In this document: in pieces, positions 8,418 through 19,300 of the stretch
Layout of the letters: each line of letters opens with the position of its first letter
How positions within the stretch are numbered: the stretch's first letter is position 1
Source of the DNA: a virus
Direction: 5' to 3' (one strand)
Virus record (IMG/VR): IMGVR_UViG_3300020470_005894
Span: 1 to 64,000 of that record
Length of the DNA: 64,000 nucleotides
Translations under genes and position numbers: made by a program
The notes under the pieces: model-generated
Databases searched by the model: none
Told to the model about the DNA's origin: nothing
The model's input: the letters and a program-made list of their open reading frames with translations, nothing else

Positions 8418-9988
8418 TTGTTCACCTCCAATATTGCGTTACTTGTTGTTAAAAGTGTAGATGACACTGAAACTGCATTCTGCAACGCGACAACAGTTAC
8501 TTTCGCAGGATCAATTATTCCCTCGCTAAGCATCTCCACCAACGTACCTTTTTTAAAGTCCCAGCCGCTTCCATCGTCTTCGCTTCTAACAATATCATTT
8601 ATAATAAGATCAGCGCTGTCACCTGAATTTAGTGCCATCTGTCTTATGGGCGCTTCTAGAGATTTGCGTATAATATTTGCTCCGATATCTTGGTCTTCGT
8701 TATCGGGCTCTATTTTAAAATCTCGGCATTTAAGCAAAGTCGTGCCACCACCAGAAACAATGCCTGATTCTTGTGCGGAGTTAACAGCCTCCAAGGCATC
8801 CTCAATCCTGTGCTTTTTCTCTATCATTTCTATCTCAGTTGTACCGCCAACTTTGATTACTGCTATACCACTAGAAAGCCGGCTAATTCTACTTTGAATT
8901 TTAGCACACTCCTCGATGTCATCGGTCTGTTTTATTTCGCTCTTAAGAGAGTCAATCTTGGCATCGATTTTTTCCCAGTCAGCCAAGCCACCCATAATAG
9001 TTGTGTGGTTTTTAAGCACTTCAATCTTCTTGGCGACACCAAAATCAGCCAACTGAGCATCCTCCAGCTGACGTCCTGATGCTCTAGAGAAAAAAGTTGC
9101 CCCAGTCGCCAGACACAAGTCTTTCATAGTGTTCGAGCGTTCTTCGCCATATCCTGGAGCCTTCACTGCGGCAATCTTCATATTCCCGCGAACTGTATTC
9201 ATAATAAGTGCCGCTAGAGCTTGGCCCTCGACTTGTTCGGCTACGATAACCAATGGCTTTGATTCCCTAGCAGCTAGCTCTAAGATTGGCATTATACTCT
9301 TAACGCTTTCAATTTTATAGTCAGTAACTAGCAAAATAAGATCTTCATATTCAATAGAGTTTTTCCTTTCATTAGTAACAAATGTTTGTGAGAAATAGCC
9401 TGAATTAAATCTAAACCCCTCAACCAAATCTAGACTAGTCTCAACTGACTTTGCAGCCTCAATCAAAATCGAGCCTTCATGGCCAGCTTTGTCAACTGCT
9501 GCAGAAATAAGCGCACCAATCTCAACATCTCCATTCGCTGAGACTGTTGCAACATGCTCGATATCCTGCAAAGTTTCTACCGGCTGTGCCATGTCCATGA
9601 TCTTGGTGACGACCTGCGCAACTGCTTTGTCCATGCCCTTTTTAATTTCAACGGGTGATGAACCAGCAACTAGATACTTTTGTGTATTTCTTAGTATGTC
9701 TCTCGCTAAGACCGTAGAGGTAGTTGTCCCATCGCCTGCGTTAACATTAGTCTGTGCAGCTGCTTGCTTTAAAATCTGTGCTGCTGTGTTCTCAACTGGA
9801 TCCTCAAAATCTGTAAAATTAGCCACAGTGACGCCATCTTTTGTTATTATGGGTCGCGCTCCATCTTTGTGGAGAATTACATTGCGTCCTTTCGGGCCTA
9901 ATGTAGCTGCCACGTTATCAGCCAACTTGTTCACACCGCTCATTATTTTTTGCTGCAGCTCTAAGCCATCAGCGTATATTTTCTGCAT
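8414..9988 (-). CDS. groEL: Chaperonin GroEL (phage-encoded)
   Basis: TLGPKGRNV, ITKDGVTVA, AGDGTTT, AVKAPGYG, IIDPAKV; no GGM tail. Confidence 0.97.
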   Translation of the reverse strand: MQKIYADGLELQQKIMSGVNKLADNVAATLGPKGRNVILHKDGARPIITKDGVTVANFTDFEDPVENTAAQILKQAAAQTNVNAGDGTTTSTVLARDILRNTQKYLVAGSSPVEIKKGMDKAVAQVVTKIMDMAQPVETLQDIEHVATVSANGDVEIGALISAAVDKAGHEGSILIEAAKSVETSLDLVEGFRFNSGYFSQTFVTNERKNSIEYEDLILLVTDYKIESVKSIMPILELAARESKPLVIVAEQVEGQALAALIMNTVRGNMKIAAVKAPGYGEERSNTMKDLCLATGATFFSRASGRQLEDAQLADFGVAKKIEVLKNHTTIMGGLADWEKIDAKIDSLKSEIKQTDDIEECAKIQSRISRLSSGIAVIKVGGTTEIEMIEKKHRIEDALEAVNSAQESGIVSGGGTTLLKCRDFKIEPDNEDQDIGANIIRKSLEAPIRQMALNSGDSADLIINDIVRSEDDGSGWDFKKGTLVEMLSEGIIDPAKVTVVALQNAVSVSSTLLTTSNAILEVNK

Positions 9989-10058
9989 ATATACCTCTCT
10001 GAATATACAGTAAAAACATTATAAATTAAATCAAGAACAAATTTAAATTTATTTTAAA

Positions 10059-11831
10059 TTATTCCTCTGGAAAGGTAAAAGGCTTGAACTTCTTGCCCTG
10101 CCCGACTCTTCCGTAGTTTACCGGCGCCGGGCTTGGACTTTGAGCCTGTGGCGCTGTGGCTGGGGCAGCTGCCTCTCCAGCGCCTGGAGCTAGGGCTGAA
10201 GTCTTGGCTGCGACGTCGTTTGAAGCTTTGATTGCCTTACTAGCCTCTGCATCATCTTTCAACCCGCCGGCCATGAAAGCGTAGGTGCCCTCCTGAATAG
10301 CTTTAACGCTTTGAAAGAGGGAAAAAATACTCTCGTTAAGATCTGCTGTTATTTTATCTAGCATGGCCTGGACGTATACCGCGCCAATCTTAATTTCTCC
10401 AATATTCTCAGAAATATTATATACCTGCCCTCTGTTTAGATCGAATTGTAAGTTGCTCAACCTTCCTCTCATATTCAAAAGGGCGCGTTTTTTTATCTCT
10501 GGGTCAGTGAGGCTATTATAAAACTCTGCAGAAGTTCTAGGATCCGCGAAGACGCCTCCACCAGATAGCATCTCAGCGCGTTGAGATCTCAATGTCTTGG
10601 CTGAGTACTCTGTGTTGACCGCATCAGTTGCAGATGACACAGCTTTTTTGATGGCCCATTTTTGTAAATCATCGTATCCAATCTCACCAAACATTGTCTC
10701 AACTGCCGCATGCAAATCAGGATTGCCAATTTGTATGGGGCTACGGCCGCGTGCAACACGTCTATCCTCGCCTAGCTTTACAGGCTTAAACAGTTTATCG
10801 TTGTTAGCCCAATCGCATGGGCCCGTAAAGAATTGACTTATCTGCTCTTCTGACAAATCTAAATCAACTCTCTTGCCATATCTAACCATTGGATTGTTGA
10901 CGATCTCTTTAAACTCTTCAATAAATTTAGACTCCAGTACTTCTGTGGATAAGTTTTCCTGCGCAGGCAAAGTCTCACTAAAATCATAATCTGTCTCTCC
11001 GCCTCTGATCCTTCGAATAAATTCATTTGGTATCTCAATGCATTTTACAGATTTATCCATAGACCTAGCGACAATGTCGACAACGTTCTCTAGAGTAAAA
11101 TTAAATTTAAAAAACTTTAAATCGCCCTTGACGTCGAGGCCTTGCTTTTCGTCCTCAAAAGATTTCATGACAACTATGTATTGCATGAAGTCATGACCAA
11201 ATTTTGGCTCTGTTAAGTCGCCGACAAGATCGCTAAAGCTTCCACCAACAACAACAGACTTTTCAGAATATAGTTTTAAGCTGACAGGAGTGTTATCTTT
11301 GGTAATAAAATCTGCGATGGTGCCAGTATTGGCGGCGATCTGTTGGCCTTCGAGCAATACAGCTAAAAAAGCCTCAAAGTTAAAGCCGGCAGATGCAGCG
11401 TTAAAATTGGAAATAACCTTTGTCAGAGTCTTGTAGAAAACCAAATAAGAAAGAACATTTGCTATCCTGTCGCCCAAGTTAGGTGAGTCAAGCCCAGCAG
11501 CATCTGGATCGTCGTAGAAATCGGAAATAGATTGAAGTTTTTGTTTAAGATCCGCGCCCGGAATATTAGCTAAGAACTGTAGCAATTGAGTTCTCGCAGG
11601 ACCGTCGATCTCTTGGTTGCCTACCGTCCGCACATCAGTCCACCCTAATTCTGTAACAGATATGTCCGGAATTGCCGCAAGAGTCATCGAGGCGCCGTCC
11701 ATCTGCTCTAACAAAAGAGATTTCTGAAGATTACTATCTAACGCATGCCCAACAGCTTCAAAAAGAGAATCTAAGCTGATGCCCGGGCTAAAATATCTTT
11801 CTACAACAAAATTCAACTCATCTTTATTCAT
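10059..11831 (-). CDS. Hypothetical protein with possible restriction-endonuclease-like (PD-(D/E)xK) core
   Basis: AGFNFEAFLA...IADF...VSLKLY spacing; N-terminal LLE motif; late-promoter-like motif at 11846-11853. Confidence 0.55.
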   Translation of the reverse strand: MNKDELNFVVERYFSPGISLDSLFEAVGHALDSNLQKSLLLEQMDGASMTLAAIPDISVTELGWTDVRTVGNQEIDGPARTQLLQFLANIPGADLKQKLQSISDFYDDPDAAGLDSPNLGDRIANVLSYLVFYKTLTKVISNFNAASAGFNFEAFLAVLLEGQQIAANTGTIADFITKDNTPVSLKLYSEKSVVVGGSFSDLVGDLTEPKFGHDFMQYIVVMKSFEDEKQGLDVKGDLKFFKFNFTLENVVDIVARSMDKSVKCIEIPNEFIRRIRGGETDYDFSETLPAQENLSTEVLESKFIEEFKEIVNNPMVRYGKRVDLDLSEEQISQFFTGPCDWANNDKLFKPVKLGEDRRVARGRSPIQIGNPDLHAAVETMFGEIGYDDLQKWAIKKAVSSATDAVNTEYSAKTLRSQRAEMLSGGGVFADPRTSAEFYNSLTDPEIKKRALLNMRGRLSNLQFDLNRGQVYNISENIGEIKIGAVYVQAMLDKITADLNESIFSLFQSVKAIQEGTYAFMAGGLKDDAEASKAIKASNDVAAKTSALAPGAGEAAAPATAPQAQSPSPAPVNYGRVGQGKKFKPFTFPEE

Positions 11832-11849
11832 GTAACCACCTCTATATAA

Positions 11850-12521
11850 TTAGAAAATAATATCTGCAATGCCCAATTTTACTGCTTCCTCAGCATCAAT
11901 ATAAACATTAGTTTTTCTATCAATCATTTTTTTAATTTGTTTTTCAGTCATGTTTGTTTCTTCGGCTAGCGCTTTTACATACATTTTCTGGGTAAACTTG
12001 GTCTCTGCAAACTCATTTTCAACATCAGCTATGTGACCGTGTGAACCAGCAACCACACCATGAATCATTACTCTGCAGTATTTTCCGATACGTCGCTCAC
12101 CCTTGGTGCCGGCAGCCAATAAAAGTACGCCAGCTGACATGACCTTGCCTATACCACAAGTATGAATAGGAGTTAAATCTCTCATGCCCCTGATTGTATC
12201 GTAAACCGCGAACATCTCAGTAGCTAACCCGCCATAAGTAGAAACAACAAAATCAATTGGCTCATAGGAGACTAAATATCCTTTTTCCTCGTCTTCAGGA
12301 TCAATTAAAGTTTCTTTTCTACCTGTCAAATGAAGCGCGTGAAGACCATAGATTGTTTCTGAACACTTCTCTTCTTCAATGCTGCCATAGACTCCGGTCA
12401 GGCGCAGTTCTGGCTTCTCTGGTAGGCTCAAAACAGACATTAAGTCAACCGCATCTTGCCCCTCTGATGCATCATCTTTCTCGCCTTCATCGTTAAAACG
12501 TCTTTTGTTGTATTTTTTCAT
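11850..12521 (-). CDS. clpP: ClpP-like protease proteolytic subunit
   Basis: STYGG...AVYDTI, MSAG (Ser), MIHG (His), YIDAEEAVKLGIAD; start adjusted to MKKYN after AGGAG. Confidence 0.9.
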   Translation of the reverse strand: MKKYNKRRFNDEGEKDDASEGQDAVDLMSVLSLPEKPELRLTGVYGSIEEEKCSETIYGLHALHLTGRKETLIDPEDEEKGYLVSYEPIDFVVSTYGGLATEMFAVYDTIRGMRDLTPIHTCGIGKVMSAGVLLLAAGTKGERRIGKYCRVMIHGVVAGSHGHIADVENEFAETKFTQKMYVKALAEETNMTEKQIKKMIDRKTNVYIDAEEAVKLGIADIIF

Positions 12522-12542
12522 GCTAACTCCTTTAAATTTAAT

Positions 12543-12572
12543 AAAAAAAAAGCAGGCCACAAGGACCTGCTT
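12543..12572 (-). terminator. Intrinsic terminator
   Basis: AAGCAGGTC-CTTGT-GGCCTGCTT followed by a T-run, after the 12595-13275 gene. Confidence 0.75.
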
Positions 12573-12594
12573 AAAACAACTTTATATTACCTTA

Positions 12595-13275
12595 CTATTG
12601 CAATCGTCGCTTAGCGTTCAAAAGACGACGTGCAACGCGGCGTGTGACTTCAGAAACAATTTGCTTCTGCCTTCTCTCTGGGGAAAGCTTTCGCTCATAG
12701 AGTTGTATATTTGACTCTTCAAGTTCTTCTTCGTCACCAGCTGCAGCTTCTAAGCCGCCGAGATCACCACCACCAAGATCGCCACCTTCATCACCAGCCT
12801 CGTCGCCCATATCCATCATATCCATGTCCATGTCTTCGGCGCCGGCGTCATCTTCTTCGCCTTCTTCGCTCTCAACGTCAAGCTGAATAGCTGCAGCGGC
12901 TTCAGGGTCAAGCTCCTCAAGTCCAATCTTAAGGGCCTTAAGAGCGGTTACAGCGCTGGCCAAAGGCTCATCACCTTCATCGCCGCCCGCAGCATCCAAA
13001 TCTTCTCCGCCTTCTTCTTCGTCGCCTAGGCCAAGGTCATCTAGCTGCTCTTGCAATTGTTCTTCACTATAGATATCTTCTTCCATCTGGTTAACAATGC
13101 CGGCCAATTCAGGATCAACAGGCGCTGCAGCGGGCATACCAGCGTGAGCTGCACCCATTTCATCTAAAATTTCGTTTTCGTTTAGCTTTGTGATAAAACT
13201 ATCACTAAGTGCACTGATGTTCGCAAATTTCATCATTTTGCGAATTTGTTTTTCGTTTAATAGCTGCTTTTTCAT
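12595..13275 (-). CDS. Highly acidic protein, probable prohead-core or internal head protein
   Basis: Repeated LNE/LDE/LQE/LEE motifs, E/D/G-rich middle, basic C-terminal helix; has its own late-like promoter and terminator. Confidence 0.6.
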   Translation of the reverse strand: MKKQLLNEKQIRKMMKFANISALSDSFITKLNENEILDEMGAAHAGMPAAAPVDPELAGIVNQMEEDIYSEEQLQEQLDDLGLGDEEEGGEDLDAAGGDEGDEPLASAVTALKALKIGLEELDPEAAAAIQLDVESEEGEEDDAGAEDMDMDMMDMGDEAGDEGGDLGGGDLGGLEAAAGDEEELEESNIQLYERKLSPERRQKQIVSEVTRRVARRLLNAKRRLQ

Positions 13276-13309
13276 TTACTGACTCCTTAGACGCATCTCA
13301 CGATACAAA

Positions 13310-13549
13310 TTAAATAGCTATATCTTTTAATAAAAGACTAATTTTTTTTAGCGCTTGGTCTTCAATTTGTTTCACTCTAACATAACTTATGCCCAAGCGC
13401 TCAGAAGCCTCTCTTAATGTTAGAGCCCCATTATTATCAATGGTCTCGAAAGTACAATTTAAATCTTTTGGAAAATCTATCCAATATCGACATTCAGTTA
13501 TAGGACAAGTAGTTCCAATATCCTTACAGGTTTGCAAGCACTTCTTCAT
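13310..13549 (-). CDS. Stand-alone sigma70 region-4-like HTH protein with Cys-rich N-terminus
   Basis: LTLREASERLGISYVRVKQIEDQALKKI matches the sigma region 4.2 pattern; five Cys in the first 32 aa. Confidence 0.75.
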   Translation of the reverse strand: MKKCLQTCKDIGTTCPITECRYWIDFPKDLNCTFETIDNNGALTLREASERLGISYVRVKQIEDQALKKISLLLKDIAI

Positions 13550-13884
13550 AGTCCTGTCTCCATCTCAATAACATCAAATATATCCTCTATCTCTTCACCC
13601 TTTAAGGCAAACTTTTTTTCTGTTTGTTTTGAGTGTTTTCTTAAGCCTTCAATTTTGTTGATTTTTTGTTGACCTTGCATACCACAGCGTTGTTTGTATT
13701 CTTTTATAAACTGGTATATTAAATCGTCATTATCAATATATCCGCTTATCATCATCCTAAAAAACTGTGACTGAGTGATGCCGTCGTGTGTGCATCTTAT
13801 TTTTAGTCTAGCTTGCCTGTCAGATGAATCGTAAAACATCATCTTCTTCCTATCGTTTGAGGGTGGTGCAGTTGGGTCCTTCAT
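13546..13884 (-). CDS. Probable ribbon-helix-helix-like DNA-binding protein
   Basis: Short strand followed by RLKIRCTHDGITQSQFFRMMISGYI helix pair. Confidence 0.45.
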   Translation of the reverse strand: MKDPTAPPSNDRKKMMFYDSSDRQARLKIRCTHDGITQSQFFRMMISGYIDNDDLIYQFIKEYKQRCGMQGQQKINKIEGLRKHSKQTEKKFALKGEEIEDIFDVIEMETGL

Positions 13885-14903
13885 CTATCCCTCCACAAAA
13901 TATGTGTATTGCTTTCTAGCTGTGCTGCACTTGATTGTAGGATGAAATCTCTTCTACTTTGAAGTTCTTTAATGCTTCGCACGCCTGTATAAGACAAGCC
14001 ACTGCGAATGCCACCATCGATATCTTGAAGGATATCCTTAACGGACCCTTTATAAGGTACCACAGCTGCGACGCCTTCTGGAGTGGATGACTTACCACGC
14101 CAGTCGCGTTGGGCTTCTTTCGATGCCATACCTCTGTACTCTTTGTATTTCTCGCCTTTTGCACCAGACAACACCTTCCCAGGTGTCTCATCGGTTCCAG
14201 CTAGCATAGAGCCAACCATAACAAAATCGGCTCCGGCTGCTAGCGCCTTGACCATGTCACCTGTTGTTTTTATACCGCCATCGGCGATAATTTTTGTGTC
14301 ATAACTAGTCTTAGCACAATCTAAAATACTTTGAAAAGTTGGCACGCCATGGCCAGTAACGATTCTAGTCGAACAAATAGAGCCTCCTCCAATGCCCACA
14401 CGAATTGAATCTGCACCCCACTCTGACAGGTCTTCAAAGGCCTCTAGAGTTGCAACATTACCGGCCATTAGATGCACCTTATCACCATAAACATCCTTTA
14501 AAGTTTTAAGACAACGTTCCATCATCTCATGGTGCCCATGCGCGACGTCGATGCACAGTACATCAACCCCAGCGCTCCATAAAGCAGCCGACCTCTCCAG
14601 GTAATCACCAGACATGCCCACTGCAGCTGCAATTTTTGCATTTGCGGCATCCTCTTTCACATAAAAAGCTAGCTGCTGTTGTTCATCGATTGTGTTATAT
14701 CGATGCAGAACCGCCATGGCACCCTCCTTGCTGAGAGCCTTGGCCATTCTTGATCCAGATACAGTATCCATGGGAGATGCAATCAACGGCAATCTAAGTT
14801 TATACCCAAATAGCTCAGAAGAGATATCAACTTCGCTTCTTGACCGAATTGCACTTTTTTTAGGTACAAGTAGTACATCATCAAAAGAATATGTTTGTTT
14901 CAC
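13881..14903 (-). CDS. guaB: IMP dehydrogenase / GMP reductase family enzyme without CBS domains
   Basis: [45 protein letters not shown]. Confidence 0.88.
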   Translation of the reverse strand: MKQTYSFDDVLLVPKKSAIRSRSEVDISSELFGYKLRLPLIASPMDTVSGSRMAKALSKEGAMAVLHRYNTIDEQQQLAFYVKEDAANAKIAAAVGMSGDYLERSAALWSAGVDVLCIDVAHGHHEMMERCLKTLKDVYGDKVHLMAGNVATLEAFEDLSEWGADSIRVGIGGGSICSTRIVTGHGVPTFQSILDCAKTSYDTKIIADGGIKTTGDMVKALAAGADFVMVGSMLAGTDETPGKVLSGAKGEKYKEYRGMASKEAQRDWRGKSSTPEGVAAVVPYKGSVKDILQDIDGGIRSGLSYTGVRSIKELQSRRDFILQSSAAQLESNTHILWRDR

Positions 14904-14912
14904 GATAGCCTC

Positions 14913-15443
14913 CTAAAAACCGTTTGGGATATACTCTTTAATAGATTGAAACTTTTTGGGTGTTTCTTCAAAAGACAATTGACTGTTTTGATCAGTGCTG
15001 CCCAGTGCCCCTGCGCCTCTATTTGAAATAGTGATGTCCTCGCCATATAGTAGACCATCGTCAACCTCCCTAATCCTAAAATGCACCACTGGTACAAGAA
15101 TTAATTGAGCTATTTTTGCACCTTTCTCAATAAATTGCGTTTCACTACCAATGTTGTGCAGATCAATAAACACTTCTCCGTCGTATCCGCTATCAATAAT
15201 ATGAGCACCCACAATTAAAGATCTCTTTGCACCCATGCTTCCACGATTACAAGCTTGTAGCATGTATCCATGTGGGATGCCAAATTTCAATCCAGTGCCA
15301 AGCATCATATTATCTCCAGGCTCAATTTTTACAGCCGAGATGTCTGGGTCAGATGGACAGTAAAATACATCTAAACCAGCGTCACTCGGATTCGCTCTCT
15401 CCGGTGCTTTCGCATCTACTCTCTTCGTGAATTCTAAGATCAT
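14913..15443 (-). CDS. dut: dUTPase (trimeric)
   Basis: DAGLD, IIDSGYDGE, KIAQL and RGAGALGST motifs. Confidence 0.95.
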   Translation of the reverse strand: MILEFTKRVDAKAPERANPSDAGLDVFYCPSDPDISAVKIEPGDNMMLGTGLKFGIPHGYMLQACNRGSMGAKRSLIVGAHIIDSGYDGEVFIDLHNIGSETQFIEKGAKIAQLILVPVVHFRIREVDDGLLYGEDITISNRGAGALGSTDQNSQLSFEETPKKFQSIKEYIPNGF

Positions 15444-15702
15444 TTTCTATCTCCTTTATAACTTTATTTGCTTTGCCCCAACAATCAGGACAATATAATC
15501 TTACAACTTGCTCTTCCTCTCGCACAACAACCTTCCAAGTTGAAGCGTGTTCTTTTGATTTTTTGTCAAAAGGTTTTTCACAGGCAGCACACTCATCTTC
15601 CAGCTTGTCAAACATCATCATTTGCTGCTTTAATCTTTTTTTGAAGTCTTTTTTAAATTTCTTCATTTTATTGCGCTGCATCTTTCTTTTTAAACTTCCC
15701 AT
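15382..15702 (-). CDS. Zn-ribbon protein with basic N-terminus
   Basis: CAAC...YCPDCW. Confidence 0.65.
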   Translation of the reverse strand: MGSLKRKMQRNKMKKFKKDFKKRLKQQMMMFDKLEDECAACEKPFDKKSKEHASTWKVVVREEEQVVRLYCPDCWGKANKVIKEIENDLRIHEESRCESTGESESE

Positions 15703-16364
15703 TATTTATTTTTTCTCCTGCCTGCTCTGGTTTTTTTACACCCCACCCAAGAAGCGCAAGGCTCGGTGCCGTTCAGTTTTGCAAACTCGCCATGCGATTC
15801 AAGCGCTTGCCTGTCATAAGCTGCTGCAGCGCAAATCTCGCAGCTAAAATAACCAAGTATCTTTGTCTTGCCTTCCAGATTTATTGATGAGAGCCATCTT
15901 TTTTCCCTGCTAAGCCAACAGACGCCCTTGTATTTTGATGTACTTTTAGTTGCCCGCTTTCTTGAATTTCTCATGTTTTGTGCATGAGTTACTTGTCTTA
16001 AATTTTCTTTCCTGTTATCTAAGCCATTATGGTTTATGTGGTCATACATCATTTTTTGCCCGGGCTTGCCCATGATTAAATGATGCAGCAATAAACCTGT
16101 TTGTCTTGGTCGCTTGCCATTCTGATCGGTTCTTTCAATCAAAGTTCCGTCTGGATGTAGGATGCTAGTTTGTACATATGGTCCCTGTGGGCGCGTGCTG
16201 TTGCCGCGCGGCTTTTTGATATCGACGCGCCAACGATAATCTTTCACTTTATGCCAATCATCGGTGTCAATAACAGCCACATATTTTCCGGGTTGGTACC
16301 CATTCTTTTTTTCTAAGAAAATATGTGTTGTACCATCCGCATTATGCTTAAATTTATTTTTCAT
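15702..16364 (-). CDS. HNH-AP2 homing endonuclease
   Basis: LHHLIM...DHINHNGLDNRKENLR..T..QN (HNH), then SKYKGV..W...LGYF...AAAAYD (AP2). Confidence 0.92.
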   Translation of the reverse strand: MKNKFKHNADGTTHIFLEKKNGYQPGKYVAVIDTDDWHKVKDYRWRVDIKKPRGNSTRPQGPYVQTSILHPDGTLIERTDQNGKRPRQTGLLLHHLIMGKPGQKMMYDHINHNGLDNRKENLRQVTHAQNMRNSRKRATKSTSKYKGVCWLSREKRWLSSINLEGKTKILGYFSCEICAAAAYDRQALESHGEFAKLNGTEPCASWVGCKKTRAGRRKNK

Positions 16365-16368
16365 AATT

Positions 16369-19300
16369 TTATCCTAGTAATTTAAATGTGTGTCGAATAG
16401 ACCTAGTGCTAAAACCCCACTCTTCACTATGCTGCAACTTAGCTGCATAAGGCCTGTTGATATAAATTTGATCATCATCTTTGATGCCCCAACATTTAAT
16501 CGCAGTGGTTGTTGATGTCTCATCAATTACTTTAACAATCCAGTATGGTTTGTCGTTTTTAGTTCTTTTTTGTATGACTTCTCTAGGGATGAACCAAGCA
16601 ACCCCGAGATCCTTATCCCAGTTTCCAAGAGCCGGAACACAATGACGATCGATAGATTCTCTTATTTGCCTAGTAAGCACAAGATCAAATGGAAACATTC
16701 CAGTTAGGTCCGAAACGTACTCGATCTTTTCCTCGCGAGTGAAGTCTTCCTCAGGCGAGTATAGCTTAATATTTTCCAGAAGCTTTTTCTCATTCTTTGG
16801 TTTGTCTTGAATACAAGCCATCCAAAAGTGCTTGCAGCCATTAAATCTCTCATCAATAATACAGTCCATCGCTCCGGAGCGACACAGCACATCCAAAGCT
16901 TTCTTGTTTAGTTTTGCATGAGTGATGCTTTCATTAAACAAGATATCTTCAATTTTCTCAAATGGTCTATTGGCCAAAATTTGATCGATTGCTTTATCAC
17001 CTAGGCCCTTAATAGAACTAAAAGGTTGGATCAAAGTTACACCGTCGTCGCCAATCTCCCAGTGGCGATTAGAGGTGTTGATATTGATGCTCTCAATGTA
17101 AAAGCCCATCTTCTGTGCGATCGCAATTGCAGCTTCTTTCTTAGATTCTGGCTCTTTGTCTAAAAAGGCAGCAGTCCAGCACTCTGGGAAATAATTTAAG
17201 AGCCAAGCACATTGGTATGATAAGATAGAATAAGAAACAGCATGAGACTTATTAAAGCCATATCCAGAAAAATATTCAAACTTTTGCCATAGGTCCTCTG
17301 CGTCTTTCTTATCCATCCGCTTGCCAACGCAACCCTTGATGAATCTATCTCTAATACTAGTCTTTTCTTCATTACCTTTCCCTGTTCCTTTCTTTGTAAG
17401 GAGCTTTCTTAGTTTGTTTCCCTCCTCCAGAGTAATGCTATCACCCAGCTTGTGCGCCAATAATGCAATCTGCTCTTGGAAAATAAGAAAACCGTAAGTT
17501 TCTTTAGTTACTTCCTCGATAATATCGTTATGATAAAAAGTATCTCCGCTTCTTTTCGCTTTTACATAAAGTTTATCAACACCCGCACTTAGTGGGCCTG
17601 GACGATAAATAGATGTAATCGCAGAAATATCAATAATATCTGTTGGTTTTGATTTTATGCTAAGCTTTTGAGCACCAGTGTTAGTGAACTGAAAGACACC
17701 TGCAAATTTACCTTTGTGAAAGATGTTCTTGTAAACCTTTTGATCATTCAAATCAATATTGTCAGGATGTAATGTCTTATCGTAATAATCTTTAATATCT
17801 GCAAATGTTGGGTTTTCAACACCAAAATGTCTCTTGAGAACATGTCCAATGGCAGATTCTATCATCTCAAGCGTTGAGAGACCCAAGAGATCAAACTTGA
17901 TGTGCCCAAGCGGCTCTAGATGGCGCACATTCTGACCTTCTGACCATGGAGTCTGAACGACACCGCGAGAACAAATCAGTGGCATATGTCTGTCTAAATC
18001 TTCGCCGATTACAACGCCACCAGCATGACGACTAGTAGAGCGTACTTGCCCAACTAGCGCTTGAACGTGTGTTTTGACATCTGGGTACTTTTCCAAAAAT
18101 GAAATAAGAGACTCTGAATATTTCATAACTTCTTCAAAGTTTGGCGTGTACATACCAGCTCGAATTCCACGATCTGCCTTTGCTTTTGGAGTCGCCTCAC
18201 GAACCATCCTGCTAGTGACGGCGTTAACCTCCTTGAAGGGGATATCATAAAGCTTACTGATATCTTTGATAAGAGAGCGCAGCTGTAATGTATTGAAGTT
18301 TGAGATAGGCACAACTGTAGTCTCGCCCCATTCCTCTGCTAGAATCTCCTTGAGACCAAAGGCATCGCTGACATCATAATCAATATCTGGATAATCAGTT
18401 GCATCTGATCGCAGAAAACGACTGAATAGAAGTCCATATTTAATCGGATCAACCTGAGTAATCCCGAGCACGTAAGCCACTAGTGAGCCAGCAGCAGAGC
18501 CGCGCCCTGGACCAGCAAGCATATACTTGCTAGCAGTATCGCTAATTGCCTTCATGGTAAGGAAATATTTTGCAAACCCACGCTCGTTGATAACAGTCAG
18601 CTCATGCTTCAGACGATCAATATACTCTTGGTTGTTCTCAAAACCAAACTTGCGTAAACCGCCAATAGATTCTTTGATCAGCGTCTCAGCCGCCGAGGCG
18701 CCTTCAGGCACAACAAAGCCAGGTAAGCGAACTGTGTCGTCGGGCATAAAATCTTCAATGCGATTATTAGCGATCCAATGTGTTTTCACAATAGAATCGT
18801 AAATTAGGTCATCATCATAAACAAACTCACATTCCTCAGAATATTTTTTGTAAGCAGCCCACATCTGATCGCCATTCTTTGGGTAGAGTTCCATCCCCAT
18901 CTCATCAACTTCAATTGGAAGTTCCGTCTTGGCCCACTCAGGGAGTTTCGAGCCCAACCAGCCTAGGCGCTTGTAAAGCTCGCGATCCTTCCAGGCCTCC
19001 GGGCTAGGATAGTGACTGTCAGCTGTTGAGATAAGTTCAATTCCAAATTCTTCGTGCATTTGGATAACATACTGATTGAGCTTGTGCTGGTTAGGTACGT
19101 TATTCCATTGAAGTTCACCGTACCAACGATCGCCCAACACCTCCATCATGCGCTTGGTTGTTTCGCGCATAGCATTAAGGATAGCTTCTTCGCCATCTTC
19201 TTGATTGTCCCAAAAGTTTCTAGCATAGACTCCGCCTAGGCATGCCGAAGAGGCGATGATACCCTCCCCATGCTCTTCAAGCATCTTGTAATCTAGACGA

